A DNA stretch of 63,931 nucleotides, filler included, from Phoronis australis (taxonomy: Eukaryota > Animalia > Phoronida): the NCBI GenBank assembly GCA_002633005.1. It is 5 parts of 5 records of this genome, joined end to end, with 100 filler letters (N's around TTAATTAATTAA, not from the genome) between each part and the next. Parts side by side here need not be neighbours in the genome. Positions count along the whole stretch, not along the records: positions 25,298 to 44,468 come from NMRA01000846.1; 4 more parts are not named here. One strand, written 5' to 3'. The notes beneath the pieces were generated by a model that saw nothing but the letters and a program-made list of their open reading frames with translations, was not told the DNA's origin and made no database searches. Each line of letters begins with the position of its first letter. Position 1 is the first letter of the stretch. Shown here in pieces: positions 25,298-39,855 of the stretch. Both the position numbers and the translations under genes were made by a program.

Positions 25298-26056
25298 TTT
25301 TTTGTATTAAAAAGTTAATTTTATTTGTTGATTAAGTCATAGAAAGTACATACTTTGATCATTGTCATGTATTTGTCTCATACTGCTTAATAAACGCTGT
25401 CAGAATAATCTATTTTAATACAGTCTTTGTGCACATTCACAGAGATCATTCAACTATATTGTTTTTGTACTATAACATATTTCTGGTGCATTATGCAAAC
25501 AAGCTGTATTTTACACCATTAGTCAATGTTTTAGTCATTGAGGCACAAATTTTGCCCAGTCTCAAGTGTTTTGTGTTATTTTTGTTGCCTGACAATGCCA
25601 GAATAACTTCCAAGTATCATTCAGACTTAGTTTGTATTTTTGCCACTAGGTGTCTGTTTACGTTTTTTAAATTTCACTGTTTACAATTAATTTACAATAG
25701 TAAAACATGTAATGTGAGTGTAATATTGTTCAATACAATGGCACTGATGGGACCATATTCCTTGTTTTACAAAAAAGTCACCAAAACTGTTGTTTTTGCA
25801 AATATAAGTTTACTAAGCTCTTTGGTGATTATTAGGTAACTTCAAACTCAAATTTCTCAAAAATGTGCAACTTTATATGAGGGAACTTTTTAGATTTTGA
25901 AAACACTCTAATAAATGAATTAAAAAACACCAAAATAAGATTGCCCCCCTAAAGTACTCACAAAAACCATTTTCTAGAGGCCCTACAAATTCTGGCCCAC
26001 CGACTATATGTTGGCGGCTGCCCGGCTGGTGGCAATAAGCATTGGTTATCTCGCAC

Positions 26057-26588
26057 AATAGCTGACTTTCGAAATAGCCGCACCATATTGAAATTCACTA
26101 TCTCGGCAGACGGCAGTAAGATCGACAGGCGTTCAGTCCCGAGTAATGCGGACGGAAGGTTTCAATCTACTGGTATAAACAGCGTTTTAACACCTTTCCT
26201 ACTCTCATAATGCAGACAAATTTTCACTGATATGTGGTAGGATGTACTAATGGTTTACGGAAAAAGACAAACCTCTCGCAACATCCACGAAAGAAGGGCA
26301 TCGTGTCCCTTTACATTTCCCATTGCGAAGAATCTGCGGCAGCATCATTGTCAGAGACTGAGGGGGAAATTTCGATCCCAACCGGCGTCATAAAGCAAAA
26401 AATAAATTAGTGAAATTAACTTAATCAGACAACGGTAGGGGTTGACAGTGAGATTTATTCCTCTGTTTTTAAAATGAACCACTGCGTTGTGGTGAATTTC
26501 TATCCACCGAATCTGAGTCCGGATCAATCGGAAGTCGCTTTCGCGCTCTCATTACAATAGAGAGCGCCAATATGAAAAGTCCGCTATT
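26057..26588. mobile_element. Candidate MITE with AATAGC.GACTTT termini
   Basis: aatagctgactttcgaaatag at left; caatatgaaaagtccgctatt at right (reverse complement aatagcggacttttcatattg). Confidence 0.4.
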
Positions 26589-29500
26589 CCCTTGAATTAT
26601 CCGCACAACAATTCAATAAGTTCACCTACCTACATTAAACCATTGCTTTGCCACGAGAACTCGTTTTCACCTTGATTCGAAACAGGATTGAGTCAATGTC
26701 GTGTTGTTACCACCCACCGGCACTGACGTGAACGCTGGCCTGAGTGTATCTGGTAGTCACGTGAACGAAGGTAACCCATTAAAGCAGAAGGCACCAAATA
26801 TACTGATCATGGGGCCATTTCAGCGTTGAATGACGTTAACCTTGTTTACTTTGCTTTATTTATTGTTGTTTATGTTAAGTTGAGTGTTATTAATGTGTTC
26901 TGACGTTTGTTATCGCATTGCAATTCCTAAAGCCTGCTGTGTCTCTGTGCCGTCACCAATTCAAAAACAGAAGCTATATACGTCAATCAGTCGAGCACAT
27001 TTGCAACAGACACAAAAAAACATCGTGTGAAATCGGTAACAGATTGACATTTGCAGCTACCAAATGAACAACTTCCAAGCAACAGAGGTACCTTATGTCA
27101 CAGCGCCATCTATAGAGCAGAGTGGCTCAGTGAAAAGATTACAATCGGCAGGCATGAAAGGGCGAAATTGTATGGAATTCATTCTGTGTAGATGGGGATG
27201 CATTCATTACAGTGCATTTCTCATTATCAACCAATAAGAATATCTGAATTTTATATTCCAACCGATCGGAATGTCCGAATGTTGCTTCGTTCCGTTAACC
27301 AATGAAAGGCTGCTTCACGTAGCACTAGGAAGGAGTGTACAGAGATAAGTCGCTTACTTCACTAACCTTTATAGCATGAATGATAAAGAGAACTGAGAAG
27401 TTCGTTGTAAAACAGTCCTGTACAGAGCTCGTCAGTTATAACAATGATTTCCGAATCATTATTTTGAAAACAAGGCGATAAAACTTATGTTTGAACGTTT
27501 TAGGCCATGGACCGTAAGCCACAGGAGGCTTAAAAAACCACATCCGTAACCATTTTTAGGTGGGCAATTTTGTTTTGGCGTATTATAAAATGAATCCCAA
27601 ATTCCTGGATTCATGGGCCTCAGTTGGTAGTGAAATCTGGAACTACAATTCCAAACGTTTTGTACTATCGTTGAAGTTATAACAATAAATGTAGTACCAA
27701 TCTGACAATGTCACCTGTTAACTCGATAACACAATACAAATATTCCATAAATGTAATTGGAAAGAACTCGTTCCTGGAATAAGATCATTAAGCTTACACA
27801 AGATAGTGATAATGGATTCCCCAATTTTCAACTCAAATTAATTATAATTACAGATCTTTCATACCTTTCTTACTAAAAGCTCTTGAACATTTGAATAACC
27901 CCACCACAACAGTGGTGTTACTTAGCGTTTTCAGTTTTACAAAAAATAAAGAGAACCCTATAATTTCAAGAGAGTAAGTGAGTTTTAACGCGATAGCAAC
28001 TGATACTTATTGTAGTTTTGGTCACCCAAAAAGAACTTCCTCTACTTTTAGAAGGTTTGGATTATTGCGAAGTTGGTTTTATCTCGTTTCAAAGGAAAAT
28101 GCATTTTCTAATGATAAAATTGAGTACAGTGCCAAAACTGAATGAAAAAAGAGATCTTCCCTGAATTTCCAGCCTTTTTATTCTCCAATCTCACTACCTC
28201 TCTGGCGATGCTCCCTCCCCCCAACCTGTTGATATCCGTCCGAGAAATTTGAGCCGGGATAACGTCGAGAGGGGAGAACCTGAGAACGGGATAACATGGA
28301 AACGAGACAACACTGAATATGGATGAGATATCAAGGGAAATACCGCTATGGACCGGAAATTCGTAAAAAATCGATACAACGAAAAAAAACCACTGACGTT
28401 TTGAAAACTGGAGTTGAAATTAATTTTGCTATTAATGATGACGTTTTGCAAATTAGATCATTTTGTATTTTGACAGGTGTTATTGACTGACTGTGGTAAA
28501 AATATCTAATCAATTCCACGCAAGTTTCAGAACTTTGAAAGTATCCGAACATGGATTAAATCTACTTTTCTAAAAGTTCTTCGAATGGAACATACTTCAC
28601 AAGTTTACAAAACATGTAAGAGCGTGTGAAACGGATTAAAATATTGCGGAGTCACTGAGTGCATATATTTTCAAGACGATAAAAAAAATCCAAAGGGTGC
28701 AGATATCAGGAGACCTGAGAAGCTAAATATTTTGTCTAATATAAGCTTCACATTTTCTTCAACATGATCATGTGAATATTGCTAAAATAGCAACATTCAG
28801 TAGCTGCTGAATTTCTTTTACGTTGCTTTGCTCATCCTGATTTTGTCGTGTGACAGTGAAGTCAGAGACCAGACTAGACCAAAAGTACTAACAAACAACT
28901 GATGACACACACTCTAACCTCATTAGACTCTTTAAACAAAGTCATTCTTCACACAATCACAGCTGTTTGCTCAAAATAAGACAATTGATCAGGTGAATTT
29001 ACTGTTTTAAAATGCATGCAGCATTCATCAACATCAACAAATGATTACGCGGCCATATTGAAATAGTTCGGTACCTTCTGAATTTCTGAGCATGTGATTG
29101 GCTAAAGAGACAGAATACAGTGCCACCTGTCGCTAATAATGCTATGCTAGGAGTGTGCAACTTAAAATGTAGGTACTTCTCAAATATCGAATGATTGAAC
29201 ATGTATCTAGCCACACCCGAAAAAGGAAGTTGCCACCCGACTGACGTGAAAAGACTGGACTTGCGGCCTATTTCGAAAAAAGCAATTTCCCAATTTTGAA
29301 AACAACATTCCTTGAATACAGTATGGATCTTATTAAGACATTTTCGACATTTACCTTTAAAACGTAGTGAAAAGCACAAAGGTTACATTGCAATCGATCA
29401 AAGATAATATTTCCGTGTTTGACCGACTTTCAACCGTCATTTTTCGGTCGGCGACATAGTACGATGTCGACTATTATTTCAGCTTGTTTCTGTTTTAGAA

Positions 29501-32053
29501 TTTACCCTTGCACTGCATAGTTTAGGGTCGTGCACAGCAGTTAACAAGGCTGTTGGTAAGGTTAATGCGTGACGTAAAGTATTATGCCAATTTCATTGGG
29601 CAATTTACGTTGTATTATTGACAACGCATATTTCTCAGTACAGCGCAACTGTGACTAACATAGTCAAGTCACTTCTTTGCCGGCCTCTTTCAGAGAACAC
29701 ACGCGCGATAGAGGATAGATTCTTTGAGTCAACATTATATTCTGGAAATAAAAATTGGCAGCACAATTTGAACATTTTGGATCAAATCAGATAAAGAATT
29801 TTCTCTTAAAAAGGCAAAATTTTGGCTGTGGCCGAGAACGACTGCTTCCTGCATATACAATGTAATTTATAAGCAACTATACCAAAAGAATAGAGTCATA
29901 CAAGAACCACAATTTCCAGATTTCTTGTAGCAACAGGCGCATGTACAATGTAACAACCAGTTGCACGGCGTGCCTTGGCACTCAATAGTTTATTAGCCAC
30001 AATCGATTTTACCCCCTCCAATTCCATTAGAAGTTGCTGACTGCTGGTCTTGGTCGCCGGGTGTTCTCAGATTTGTACTGCGTGCGAACTTAATTTGACA
30101 TTTGATTAATTTCGAGTCTGTTTTCAGTGAATAAAAGCAATTCGACAAATACTGTCGCCCGGGCGAATGCGACAATGTATTTCACAATACACGCCGCCAG
30201 GTGGACCTGTTAGTGAAGCACTCCTTTTACTCGAAATTGAACTCGAAAAAATTTTGAAATTTTCCGTTCAGTAAACTAAAGATATGTCTCTGTTGTTCCG
30301 ACTGTGGTCCAGTATGTCATGCTTTACACGGGTGACTGTGTAATCTTATATTGCACTTGACGATCCTAACACTATAGCCATGAGTTTGATTTTGAACTTG
30401 GAATTTCTAGTTATTACGCGACATCTCGAGTTATTACACGAAATCTCGAGTTTTAGCTTTGTGGGTCCAATTTAGGAGTCACCAAGTGCACGTTTGGACT
30501 GTATAGTGATTTCCGTTATTCGTAATATACTCAAACATAGAATCACAGATAATTATCTCGAGTTATTATTAAAGGAGAACGCTGACTGACAAATTTTCGA
30601 GTTTAATTCTTGGTAAAATGGCTGAGTCCCGGTCCCTGCATTTGATATTTGTCGCTTGCATCAATTTTAACCTTTCGTTATTGTTTGAACAATAAAAATA
30701 TTTCTTAGATACTCAGGATTTTTAGATAGAGTTTTAATTACTAAAAGCCATAAATTAGGCAAATAGGTCTTTCGGGCCGTGGAAAGATAAAACGTCAGTT
30801 TTAATCGAAGTTTCAGTTTCGTAAATCGTGCTACAGCTTATGAGTAGCGCAGTTCATTCACAGAGAAAATTGCCAGCCACTAAATTTGAAATGAACATAA
30901 CCTCGGGGACATTATCGGCAAGAAACGTGACTTTCCGAGACCAGCCTCAACGCAGACTCGAACCTCCAACCCTCGCTATCTCAGTCTAAACCTGTGCAGG
31001 TGGATCAAAACCTCACCCAATAAAAGGATCGAGCAATATTTCAATGATATCTAAAGCTACATTTCGCAGTGTTAAGCTGGCTGAAAACGAAAATCGAATT
31101 GGGGCTTTTTCTCTCACAAAATGAATCGCATAATATTCATTACCGTGGCAGAATTTTATGTCTATTACCATAGCACTATTTTCGATTTCGTATCTTAGAG
31201 GTTGACCAACCCTAATAAATTTTAATGCCTTCTCTAGTCCCTCATGGGTTTCGATGTAGTTTTGGTAACTTAATAGAAATACTATCACGGTAAAGAATAT
31301 TGCGAGACCATTAGAAAAATGCATAATTTTATTTTTCGTTTTTAGCTAGCTAAATAATGAGAAATGCAACGGCCTTTTTCTCAAAGAATATCTTGAGACA
31401 ACGGCGAAAACCTGTAATGAAACATCAAAACCACAGCAGGTTTTGTTGTTTGATAGCTCATAACTTCAAGAAGTCAATCTCATCCAACAATAGTACCAAA
31501 AATGCACTCTTCGGCCGTAAAACCAATAATTTTCCTTAAACACACAAACTGTTTGTACGCCGACTTCAAAACATCATCAATCAGATGAAATTTTGTGAGT
31601 GAAGACGGAGAAAATGTCATGTCAATATTACATGTGGGTTAGTGTGAATCTTAAGAGTTATTTTGTGAATGGCGATAAGTCGCGCAAATGTCCACTGATC
31701 GGTGCGATATTTTATTTATGGATGCCGGTTCCGACTATTTGGAGACATGAGGATCGTTGAAGTTGCTTTAAATATAAAACTATTTTCAACAAACGACAGC
31801 CGGCCACATCCATTACAGCTATACTGCGGTGGGGAATCATAGGTTAAATGATTTAGCAGCTGTACGACTGATTTGAGGGACTTTGATTGGCGTTTCTCTA
31901 TGATATATTACATAGAGACCGTAGAGATCAATATTTTAGATGCCAAGACGGACTTTCATTGCTCATTATTGTCCTGGACGTTACAATACTTTAAGTTTGT
32001 CTCCTGACCACAGAAGCGTCGCTGAACTTTTTTCATACCAGTAATAAAAAATC

Positions 32054-32057
<4 letters not shown>

Positions 32058-32107
<50 letters not shown>
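32058..32107. repeat. (CT)n microsatellite
   Basis: Pure ct run ending at an N. Confidence 0.95.
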
Positions 32108-32463
32108 NAAAGGCCTCCTGTGAATGAGAGTGTGTGTTGGATTCAGCAATAAACCTTCTAGCTCCCTCGTTTTAAAAGAAACCCCGTGTGGTCTTTTTTG
32201 TTGTTTTCCATGACGCTTTGCTATCTTGAGTTATCGCAAAATAAGCGCTTTTGTGGAATGTACATAGTTAACATTTCCTTGTTACTGTAACCGCAAGTCG
32301 CCACAATGTGCAGGCCCGTAACAGGTCCAGCCGCAGCCTATCCGCTAAAGATAGGATGTACATGGACAACAACAAAATTGTTGCAGTCACTGGTACTAGA
32401 AACTACAATGAAAACTAAGTTAGTAATAATTTTGAATTTGCTTCAAGTGTCTCACGTAATTAT

Positions 32464-32575
32464 CGGGCCGTACCTGGCCAATTTTAAACGAATAATGTTT
32501 CCGTAGATGACAGGATGGTGCAGACGATTAGAGGAGGCTTCATGTTATTCACCGGCACTGAACGCGCGTGGTGGC
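32464..32575. repeat. Dispersed repeat; inverted copy at ~44170-44290
   Basis: Reverse complement gccaccacgcgcgttcagtg..gaataacat..ctctaatcgtctgcac..tgtcatctacg matches 44170-44290. Confidence 0.7.
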
Positions 32576-33214
32576 TTCAATATAATGTTACAAGGGAATC
32601 TAGAAGTAAACGTCTACACCTTGCTAGGCTATATAGAAGCGATAGAGCTCCCAAAAAGTAGTGCGGTGTGATGCCTTAAAACCGACCAAGAAACAAAACA
32701 GCAGAAAATAGGTTCTTTAGCTGTTATTTTGGAATAATTGTTAGCATAGTACGATAAAGTGCAATCATTTTCATTAAAAAGAAACTTCTTAGATCATCCA
32801 CATCAAATAAACTTATCTCACAATCCTAACAAGAAAATATTGCTGAACAGCAGCGGGACAATGATGTTATCGAAATTAGCAGGCATTTCAGAAGTTCAAA
32901 TCATCTATTTTATACAGAGGTGTTTGACTGAGCTAAAATATCTCAAAAACTGAGCCAATGACGCTCTAGAAAACACGAATGGCTTAAAAGTAAAACTTTA
33001 CTGAACAATTTAACACATAAGTGTTAACTTTTTAAATAGAAGCCAAAACTCTAAAATCTGAGGAACTCAAAATCCGTAAAAATGCTTACGTAAAACAATT
33101 GTCGTTAATACATAAAACTGACATCGTACAACGATATTAACCCATTTTCAAAAAGATTTCAACTGTTAATTTCATTAGATGTTGCATTTCAGTAACTCAT
33201 GTGAATTTCCCATC

Positions 33215-33333
33215 AGAGGTGTCTCTGTGAAGTGCCTCCGTGAGGTGCCACCGTGAGGTGCCTCTCTTGTGAGGTGCCTCTGTGAGATGTCTCTGTTAGG
33301 TGTCTCTGTGAGGTTCCTCTGTGAGATGGCTCT
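33215..33333. repeat. Degenerate 12-14-bp tandem repeat (gtgaggtgcctct)
   Basis: About 9 imperfect units. Confidence 0.8.
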
Positions 33334-35689
33334 AACGGGAAAGCTAATTAGGTGAACCTGTTTGCTTGACAAATTTGTACCTGGCAATGATCAAAATGTC
33401 ATTTTTTTCAAAAATTCAACGATAAACCAAACTGTGTCAAGTCCAGGGCAACATACTGACTACTGTTGACTCTAGAAATTGCTTCTTAAAAGAACATGAT
33501 CGTTTTTGCGAACGAAGACACATTTTTGGGTCTATTGTTAGGTGAGACAGATCTATTGAAGTTGTTAACTTTGACCAGGGCCATAAAACAATGAACTTCG
33601 CTGTGTTTTCGTTTTCGTGACAAATCGCCAATTATCGCCGTTGTCTGTCAGACATTCACTGGAATCAAGGAGGCCAATTTTACCACTTAAATACGCTAAA
33701 TTAGTCTGCCTTGTATCGGAGTGAGATTCAACTCGGTCGGCAGAGTGTTTTTATTGCGACCGCAAAAGTTCGCTGGTTTCCAGCGTGTCCTCTACCCACT
33801 AGCGGACACGCAGCGAACCAGCGAGTCGCAAAGTTGCCTGTTTGAATCTCCAAACAGAAGAGCTGAAAATCACTTTCTTCCTTTTCGATACTGTAATAAA
33901 AAGTGAAATGAAGGCCAAGTCAAATACACTGCAGTCAATATATTTGTCAATATCAAAGCCTGAAATTATACATTGGTTGATTGCTGCTTGTTATGCATTT
34001 GGTATTATACCATTAGTCATTATACATTTGGTCTTATGCCATTATGTGAGTCATTATGCATTTGGAATTTTACTTTTAGAGCATTAACATTACCAATGTC
34101 ATACTTAACTTTTTAACAAATGCTGGTCACTTCTTAATCGCATTTCTTCCAATGATCATTGAGTACATGCGCTATACGGTTTTTATAGTATATACAAGTC
34201 AAAAAAGTTGTCAACTGGGGACATTTCCAGAGACCAAACAACTTTAACAGTGTAGCTTCAATCAATATCGACTGGTTAATCCACGACCACTTCTCATATA
34301 TGCGAGCTACTTTAAGGTTTTATTGTCGATCTTCTAATATGAATATCAATACACTTTGGGCTAAGTAAGCAGACGAAAACATAAACCGGAAATGAACAAT
34401 ATACTCCCATATATCTATCATGGTACATGACTGTTGACACAGGCGGATTCAAATTATTGTGAGGGAATGCTTAAAATACTCCAGTGTGAGCCCTGGGGAT
34501 AACAAGTGGTTCTCGAGCGGTCAAGTGCCACCTACTAGAGCCGCCTGAATGAGAGTGTGATTGAGTCGGTGGAAACAACAGTTGAACAGCTTCTATACTT
34601 GGAGTGTTTCTTTAGTAGACTCTTTGATTCATGGGTATTTAAGAATTGTATAATACATTATAGACATTACGCGCGGTCCTAATGTGTTTTTCTAATGCTT
34701 ACGCGAATTTTGTACCAGCATCTATGGTGTACCATTATTTATTGATGTAACACTCAGTCATTAGGCTGATCAAAACAGGTTAAATCAGTTGAGTAAGGAG
34801 TCGTACGTTGGCAGTCCAAATACTGTATAAAAGCATCGTAAACTCTCAGACTTTGGGACAGACAGAGGTCCCGGCAATTGTTGCAACCTATTTAAATCAA
34901 GGTCGTGGCACTCAATATTTTTTTAGCAGCAATCGAATCCATCCTCACCGCCGTCATATTTCTTGGTTTTGTTACCCAGGGAGACAAAACTGAGGAAAAC
35001 TGTTGAGTGCCACCTCATATACAACAATTAAAGGGACAATCGGATCATCTTGGCTGGTACAAAACTAAAGTGACAGGGTTCTTTCTAATAAAAGATGGGT
35101 TCAGGGTATATGTAGGTGATACTTATTCCACGCATAGTGCTCATTTCATATTATCTTTACTTTGCTTTTTTGTGTCAACAAGCTATAAGTAACCATCTCA
35201 TTGTCTGAAGTAACTGCAGTTACTTTATTGCTGGGGTCAGTGGGTGATTCACACATTACAACTGCTCCCTTTCTTTGCTCTAACCACATTTTAACACATT
35301 GTATAGCTGCTTGCTGTTTTTGTTCTTGCAACACTTTTGAATGTTAACGTTATCTATACTAACACAACTTGCTAACATATACACAATACAAGCAAGCGCG
35401 ACGTAATTTGAACATCGTGGCAGAGTCCAATTAACTGAAGTAGTGCTCAGAGACATAACATTTCTTTGCAGGAAGTCTGCCTCCGATTTTATAAAAGTTA
35501 TGACGTAAGTACAAATATTGACTTAAGGGGGTTAGACAAAGTTTGCCAAAAATGCAGTGATTGTTTTACAACACAGAAGAGTTCATAAAGCATTTCACTG
35601 TCATTTTTATTTAAAAAAATAACAGATTTTTATGTTTGAAAAACGATGATTTACCGTTCAGTTTCTGTTACTATGGTGTTGAACAAAAG

Positions 35690-35870
35690 CATCAATCTAT
35701 CTATTTCTATTTATCTGTCCATCTATCCATTCATCCATCCATTATTCATTCATTCACTTATCCATCTATTTTCTGTATCTATCTATCTGTCCATCTATCT
35801 ATCCATATGTCCGTCCATCCGTTCGTTCGTCCATTTCTTCATTCACCCATTTACTGATATCCATCCGCGT
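35690..35870. repeat. Degenerate (ATCT/ATCC/ATTC)n microsatellite
   Basis: Tetranucleotide runs; a related tract lies at ~36180-36295. Confidence 0.8.
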
Positions 35871-36582
35871 TGTATTTAGACATACCTCCACCATCCACCA
35901 CGACATTGATGTTGACTACGTACGTGTATCATAGAGTCTATGAAACAAGTCTGACTCATCATTTATTTTAAAACCTTCCTCTCAGTCTTCGAATAATATT
36001 GGTACTTCCTCCAAGTTACAGCTTTGGGCAGGATTCCCGCTAATTTTCTGTTTCCTGTCCCCTTTACGTTTTCTTACTGCCATTCTAGTGTTTATAAGTT
36101 CTGCACTATTCATTTTCAGGTGTGTGATGACGTTCTGAGCAACGTAACGCAACGTTTGGACTTAGAGTATAATATATTCCATCCATTTAGTATCAATCTA
36201 TTTATATAGCGATATATTCATCTATCTATATGTCCATTCACCCATTCATTCAGTCTGTTGTGTGTTTGTCTGTTTGTCTATTCATCCATCTACCCAGCAA
36301 TCTAGTTGCCCCGTTGACTACTTGTTTATCTCTTCTTAAGTACGTCTTTCTACCCATTTTTCTACGCTGTTGATATCAACAGGCAGACTCTAGGCCATTA
36401 GGATTTAGCCTTTGACATAAAAATAATTTAAGTAATGAAATGATTTCAAAGCATCGACGAAGTTTGTAATGCGCCTGAGGAGGAACAAATAGACGGAACT
36501 CGTTCAGATAACTTGTTTTGTTTGCTAAATTGACGGAGTATGTAGTTGGCTTCAGCAATCGTGCGCAGTTCCGTTTTAAAAG

Positions 36583-36998
36583 TAAAGCACCGTCCACAAA
36601 TCCCGTTTTAATTTTAGAACGCAACTTTTCCTCACGGATACAGATTCCGTCCACACGTATCAACTAAATTCGAAAAACCAAAAATGTAGACTTTGAAAAC
36701 GCTCTCCTGAGTGGAATTCTTCATGAAATTATACTTTTTCTTCACGAATATTGCTTCTGTTCACTAGTATTTACGATCAAAAACGTTTTGAAAACGCTGA
36801 AGTCATGATTGCGTAAGTGTATTCGTGTGTACGCACCCTTGAAAAGAGAGAGTAAACGTTGTTTTTGTTAACATAAGCGTTATAGTGTGGATGGAGAAAT
36901 TTACGAGAACGATACATAAGGGCGAAGAATTTTTTTCCACACGCCAACAAAAATGTTGCGTTTTCAAATGAAAACGCAGACGTGCGGACAGCGCCTAA
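36583..36998. mobile_element. PIF/Harbinger-like MITE
   Basis: Imperfect TIRs taaagcaccgtccacaaatcccgttttaattt / aaatgaaaacgcagacgtgcggacagcgcctaa; internal gtccacac and gaaaacg repeats. Confidence 0.5.
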
Positions 36999-39592
36999 CT
37001 TATAGACTAGTTCACGGAAGTCTCGAAATATATCCTTCTTGTTGCGTCAAGATACGCAATATTGTGTTCTGATATGCGAGACATGACATGCTCAATCACA
37101 AATGTTGCTTTAAAGATATACTCACATTCCAGTCGTGTTGGCAATTCAAACAACAACTTCGTTGGGGACTGAACTGATCAGAAAAATCTACCATTTGACT
37201 TTCCTTCCTCATACGGTTACTTCAAGTGACCGTGTCGTACACACAGAGGTGTGAAATAGAAAATTTATCTTATTTTATCCTCATTTTGTTTTCCTGGTAT
37301 GTTCGGGGAATGCAGCATAACTCTTGCGCGATTACTTTTTCTTAAACAATCCTCTCGTCATGACCTTGGCGTACCACATCTGACAACAGTTGACGCCTCT
37401 CTGAACACGTATATCCACGAAGGTGATGAATAGCCCCAGAAAAGTCGATCAACAAGTAGAAACGAAAAAACACTTTACCTGCCTTGAAGTTTGACTTGGT
37501 GGCGCATTACGTCATTTGAACCAGTAGGTTGGGATCATGACATCGGGACAATCTCAATCAGACTGAACCTCGCTCAACACTGCATGACAAAAGCGAATCA
37601 GTAGCGTATGATCGGAGTCACTATCCGAATGAATAATAAAACGAAGACCGCTCAGTCTATTCTCGAGGCGTAGCAAACCGTGAAAAGACACAAGTCCTCC
37701 TGTTTTATTTATCATTTACTCACTTTTATAAATGGATAATTTATGCCAAAAATGTGCGCAGCTACCGTAAAGCGTAAAAATAGATTTATGCGTGTCCCAC
37801 ATATCACACTGCGTTGAGGAAACACGCTTGCCTCACACTTTCGACTGAACTCAAGTTGAAAAGATTGCTGGGGACATTTTTGTCAATTTTGCATATTGAA
37901 AACTTTGGTTTTAAAACCTCAAAACGCATTTTTTCGTCCCAGTTATGTCACACAAGCCTTGTTTACATCGAGCTTTCAGTGGCCATCGGCATTCGGCAGA
38001 ACGCACAGACCCTACTTTGATGTGCTGTGTCACTGGCGTTGATTTTAATTCTGATCAAACGCATAGCGTTTCTTTGCTTCTTTTAAGACGCAAAGAAACT
38101 TTATAGTTAAAAATCTGCCCCTGTTGTTATTTTTATACTGAACAATCACAATTTCTTTTCGTTTCACACCTGCACAATATGGAGCTTATATGGTTGTAAT
38201 ACATAACATTTCTTTATAATTCAAGAGCAGAAGCAGGCATTAAGAAAGGTGGAGTGGGGTTCAGTGTTGTTGTTTACAAACTATGTTACAACATCATTAG
38301 GTGAGTCACCGTGGTGATGACCGGGGATTCTTTCAACGACCTAAGAATTCTGGCGACACAATTGGTATCCCACGGGCCGAAATTATCACGCTGATTCAGC
38401 CACTCAGCACCTTACTCGTTCCCGAACATAAGCCCATACTTGTTTCAGCAATTCAATGTAAAGTTACAAAAGCAATTAACCGCCTAATTCAATGCTTGTT
38501 TAGATTGTGTAACTGCATGGTTGTAATGTGGGGTGCATACCGGTGCAGTCTTTTATAAAGTCGGTCTGGCAGTGTTTTGTTTTGTATCGCCCTGAACTGC
38601 ATGAACCACAACATCTGCCGAAAGCTCGGGTGGAACTCTCTCAGTGGTTTAACTGTTACGTCATTGTTCCCGTCCACACCCGGACGCAAAAGGTACCCGC
38701 CCGACCAACCGTTTTACCGCTAAAAGGTGGCGCTACTGGAACTGACCTGTGATCATAAACCACAAACAAGAGAGTCATGATGATTAAATGTGTGAGACTT
38801 TTCAGAGAACAACAAAGCGTTTTTGTGATTGAGTTGAAAATAATTCGCCACCAGTCCCAAACTTAACTTAAATTTTCACATTTTCTTCGGTGCAGATCTG
38901 TAAAGACCCCCATTTGCCCATGACATGAGTAAGATTTTGTTAACAAATTTAAACTTCGCTTTGTTTTTGTGTGGAAGTAATAAGTTATATTACAAGTGAC
39001 TCAGTGAAACTACTAGGAATACATATTGACGACGACGTCACTTTTCAAAAGCACACACCAGCCCTGCGTAAGAAATCATTCTAACAAATGCGTGCTTTAT
39101 TTCGTTTACGAACCGGCCTTCTCGACACTCGCTATAAGACTGAAATGTTTAATATTTTCATTAACATTAAGTCATATTTCAACTATTGCTAACTTGCCTC
39201 GCACTTAGCAGAAGAAAAACCGGGTAAAGTTCAATGCAGGTCAGTGCGCCTTGACTCGGTATCTTCATAAAATCTATTAACCAGAGCACACTGTTTGCCA
39301 CAATTCTCAATACGGCAATGAAATGTTGGTTCGGGAATTGCCTCAAGTGTACAGATTCCGAAAAGAAAACTACAAAAATTTTCCAGAAAATACAAAAATG
39401 TGTGATTACAATGGCTTTAAAGTATCAAACGTCCTTCTTCATTATCTATCCGCAACATCGAGAAATTTGAAAAACTCGTGAATATTTTTCGAAAGACTGT
39501 ATCAGTGTATCTATAAAAAATGTGACTTCAGTACAGTTGTGCTTTTGCAGTGCCTTCAAAACTTTGTCTCGATACAGTTGTATCTGCTTAAG

Positions 39593-39855
39593 CAGGGAGG
39601 GGGGGTTCCAGGATTTTGAGTTAGGGGGGCCAGGGCACAGGAATAACCAGAATTTCGCCACATGCGCACGCACAGCCTAAAATGTAGGGATGCTGGGGTC
39701 TCGAATTTTTGGGTTTGTGGACTTTAAACAACGGTAAACGGGGTTTCATGCTCAAGGCCTATGCATTGTGCATTCGCACCCCGAACTGCCAAATGGTATC
39801 TAGGAGAATTTTAGGGGGGTCATGGCCTCCTTGCCCCCCCCTAAATCCGCCACTG
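39593..39855. mobile_element. G/C-tract MITE (CAGGG...AAATCCGCCACTG family)
   Basis: An inverted, internally deleted copy lies at 8230-8383, sharing taaaattctcc, gttcgg(g)gtgcgaa and gccctggc..ccctaactca; another terminus is at 1-25. Confidence 0.7.

Noticed and set aside
30900-30995. Minus-strand B-box-like GGTTCGAGTC
   Set aside because: No convincing A box or structure; at most a heavily decayed SINE.
30569-31540. Kolobok-like TTAAAGG-started MITE
   Set aside because: Left end is plausible, but I could not establish a matching right TIR.
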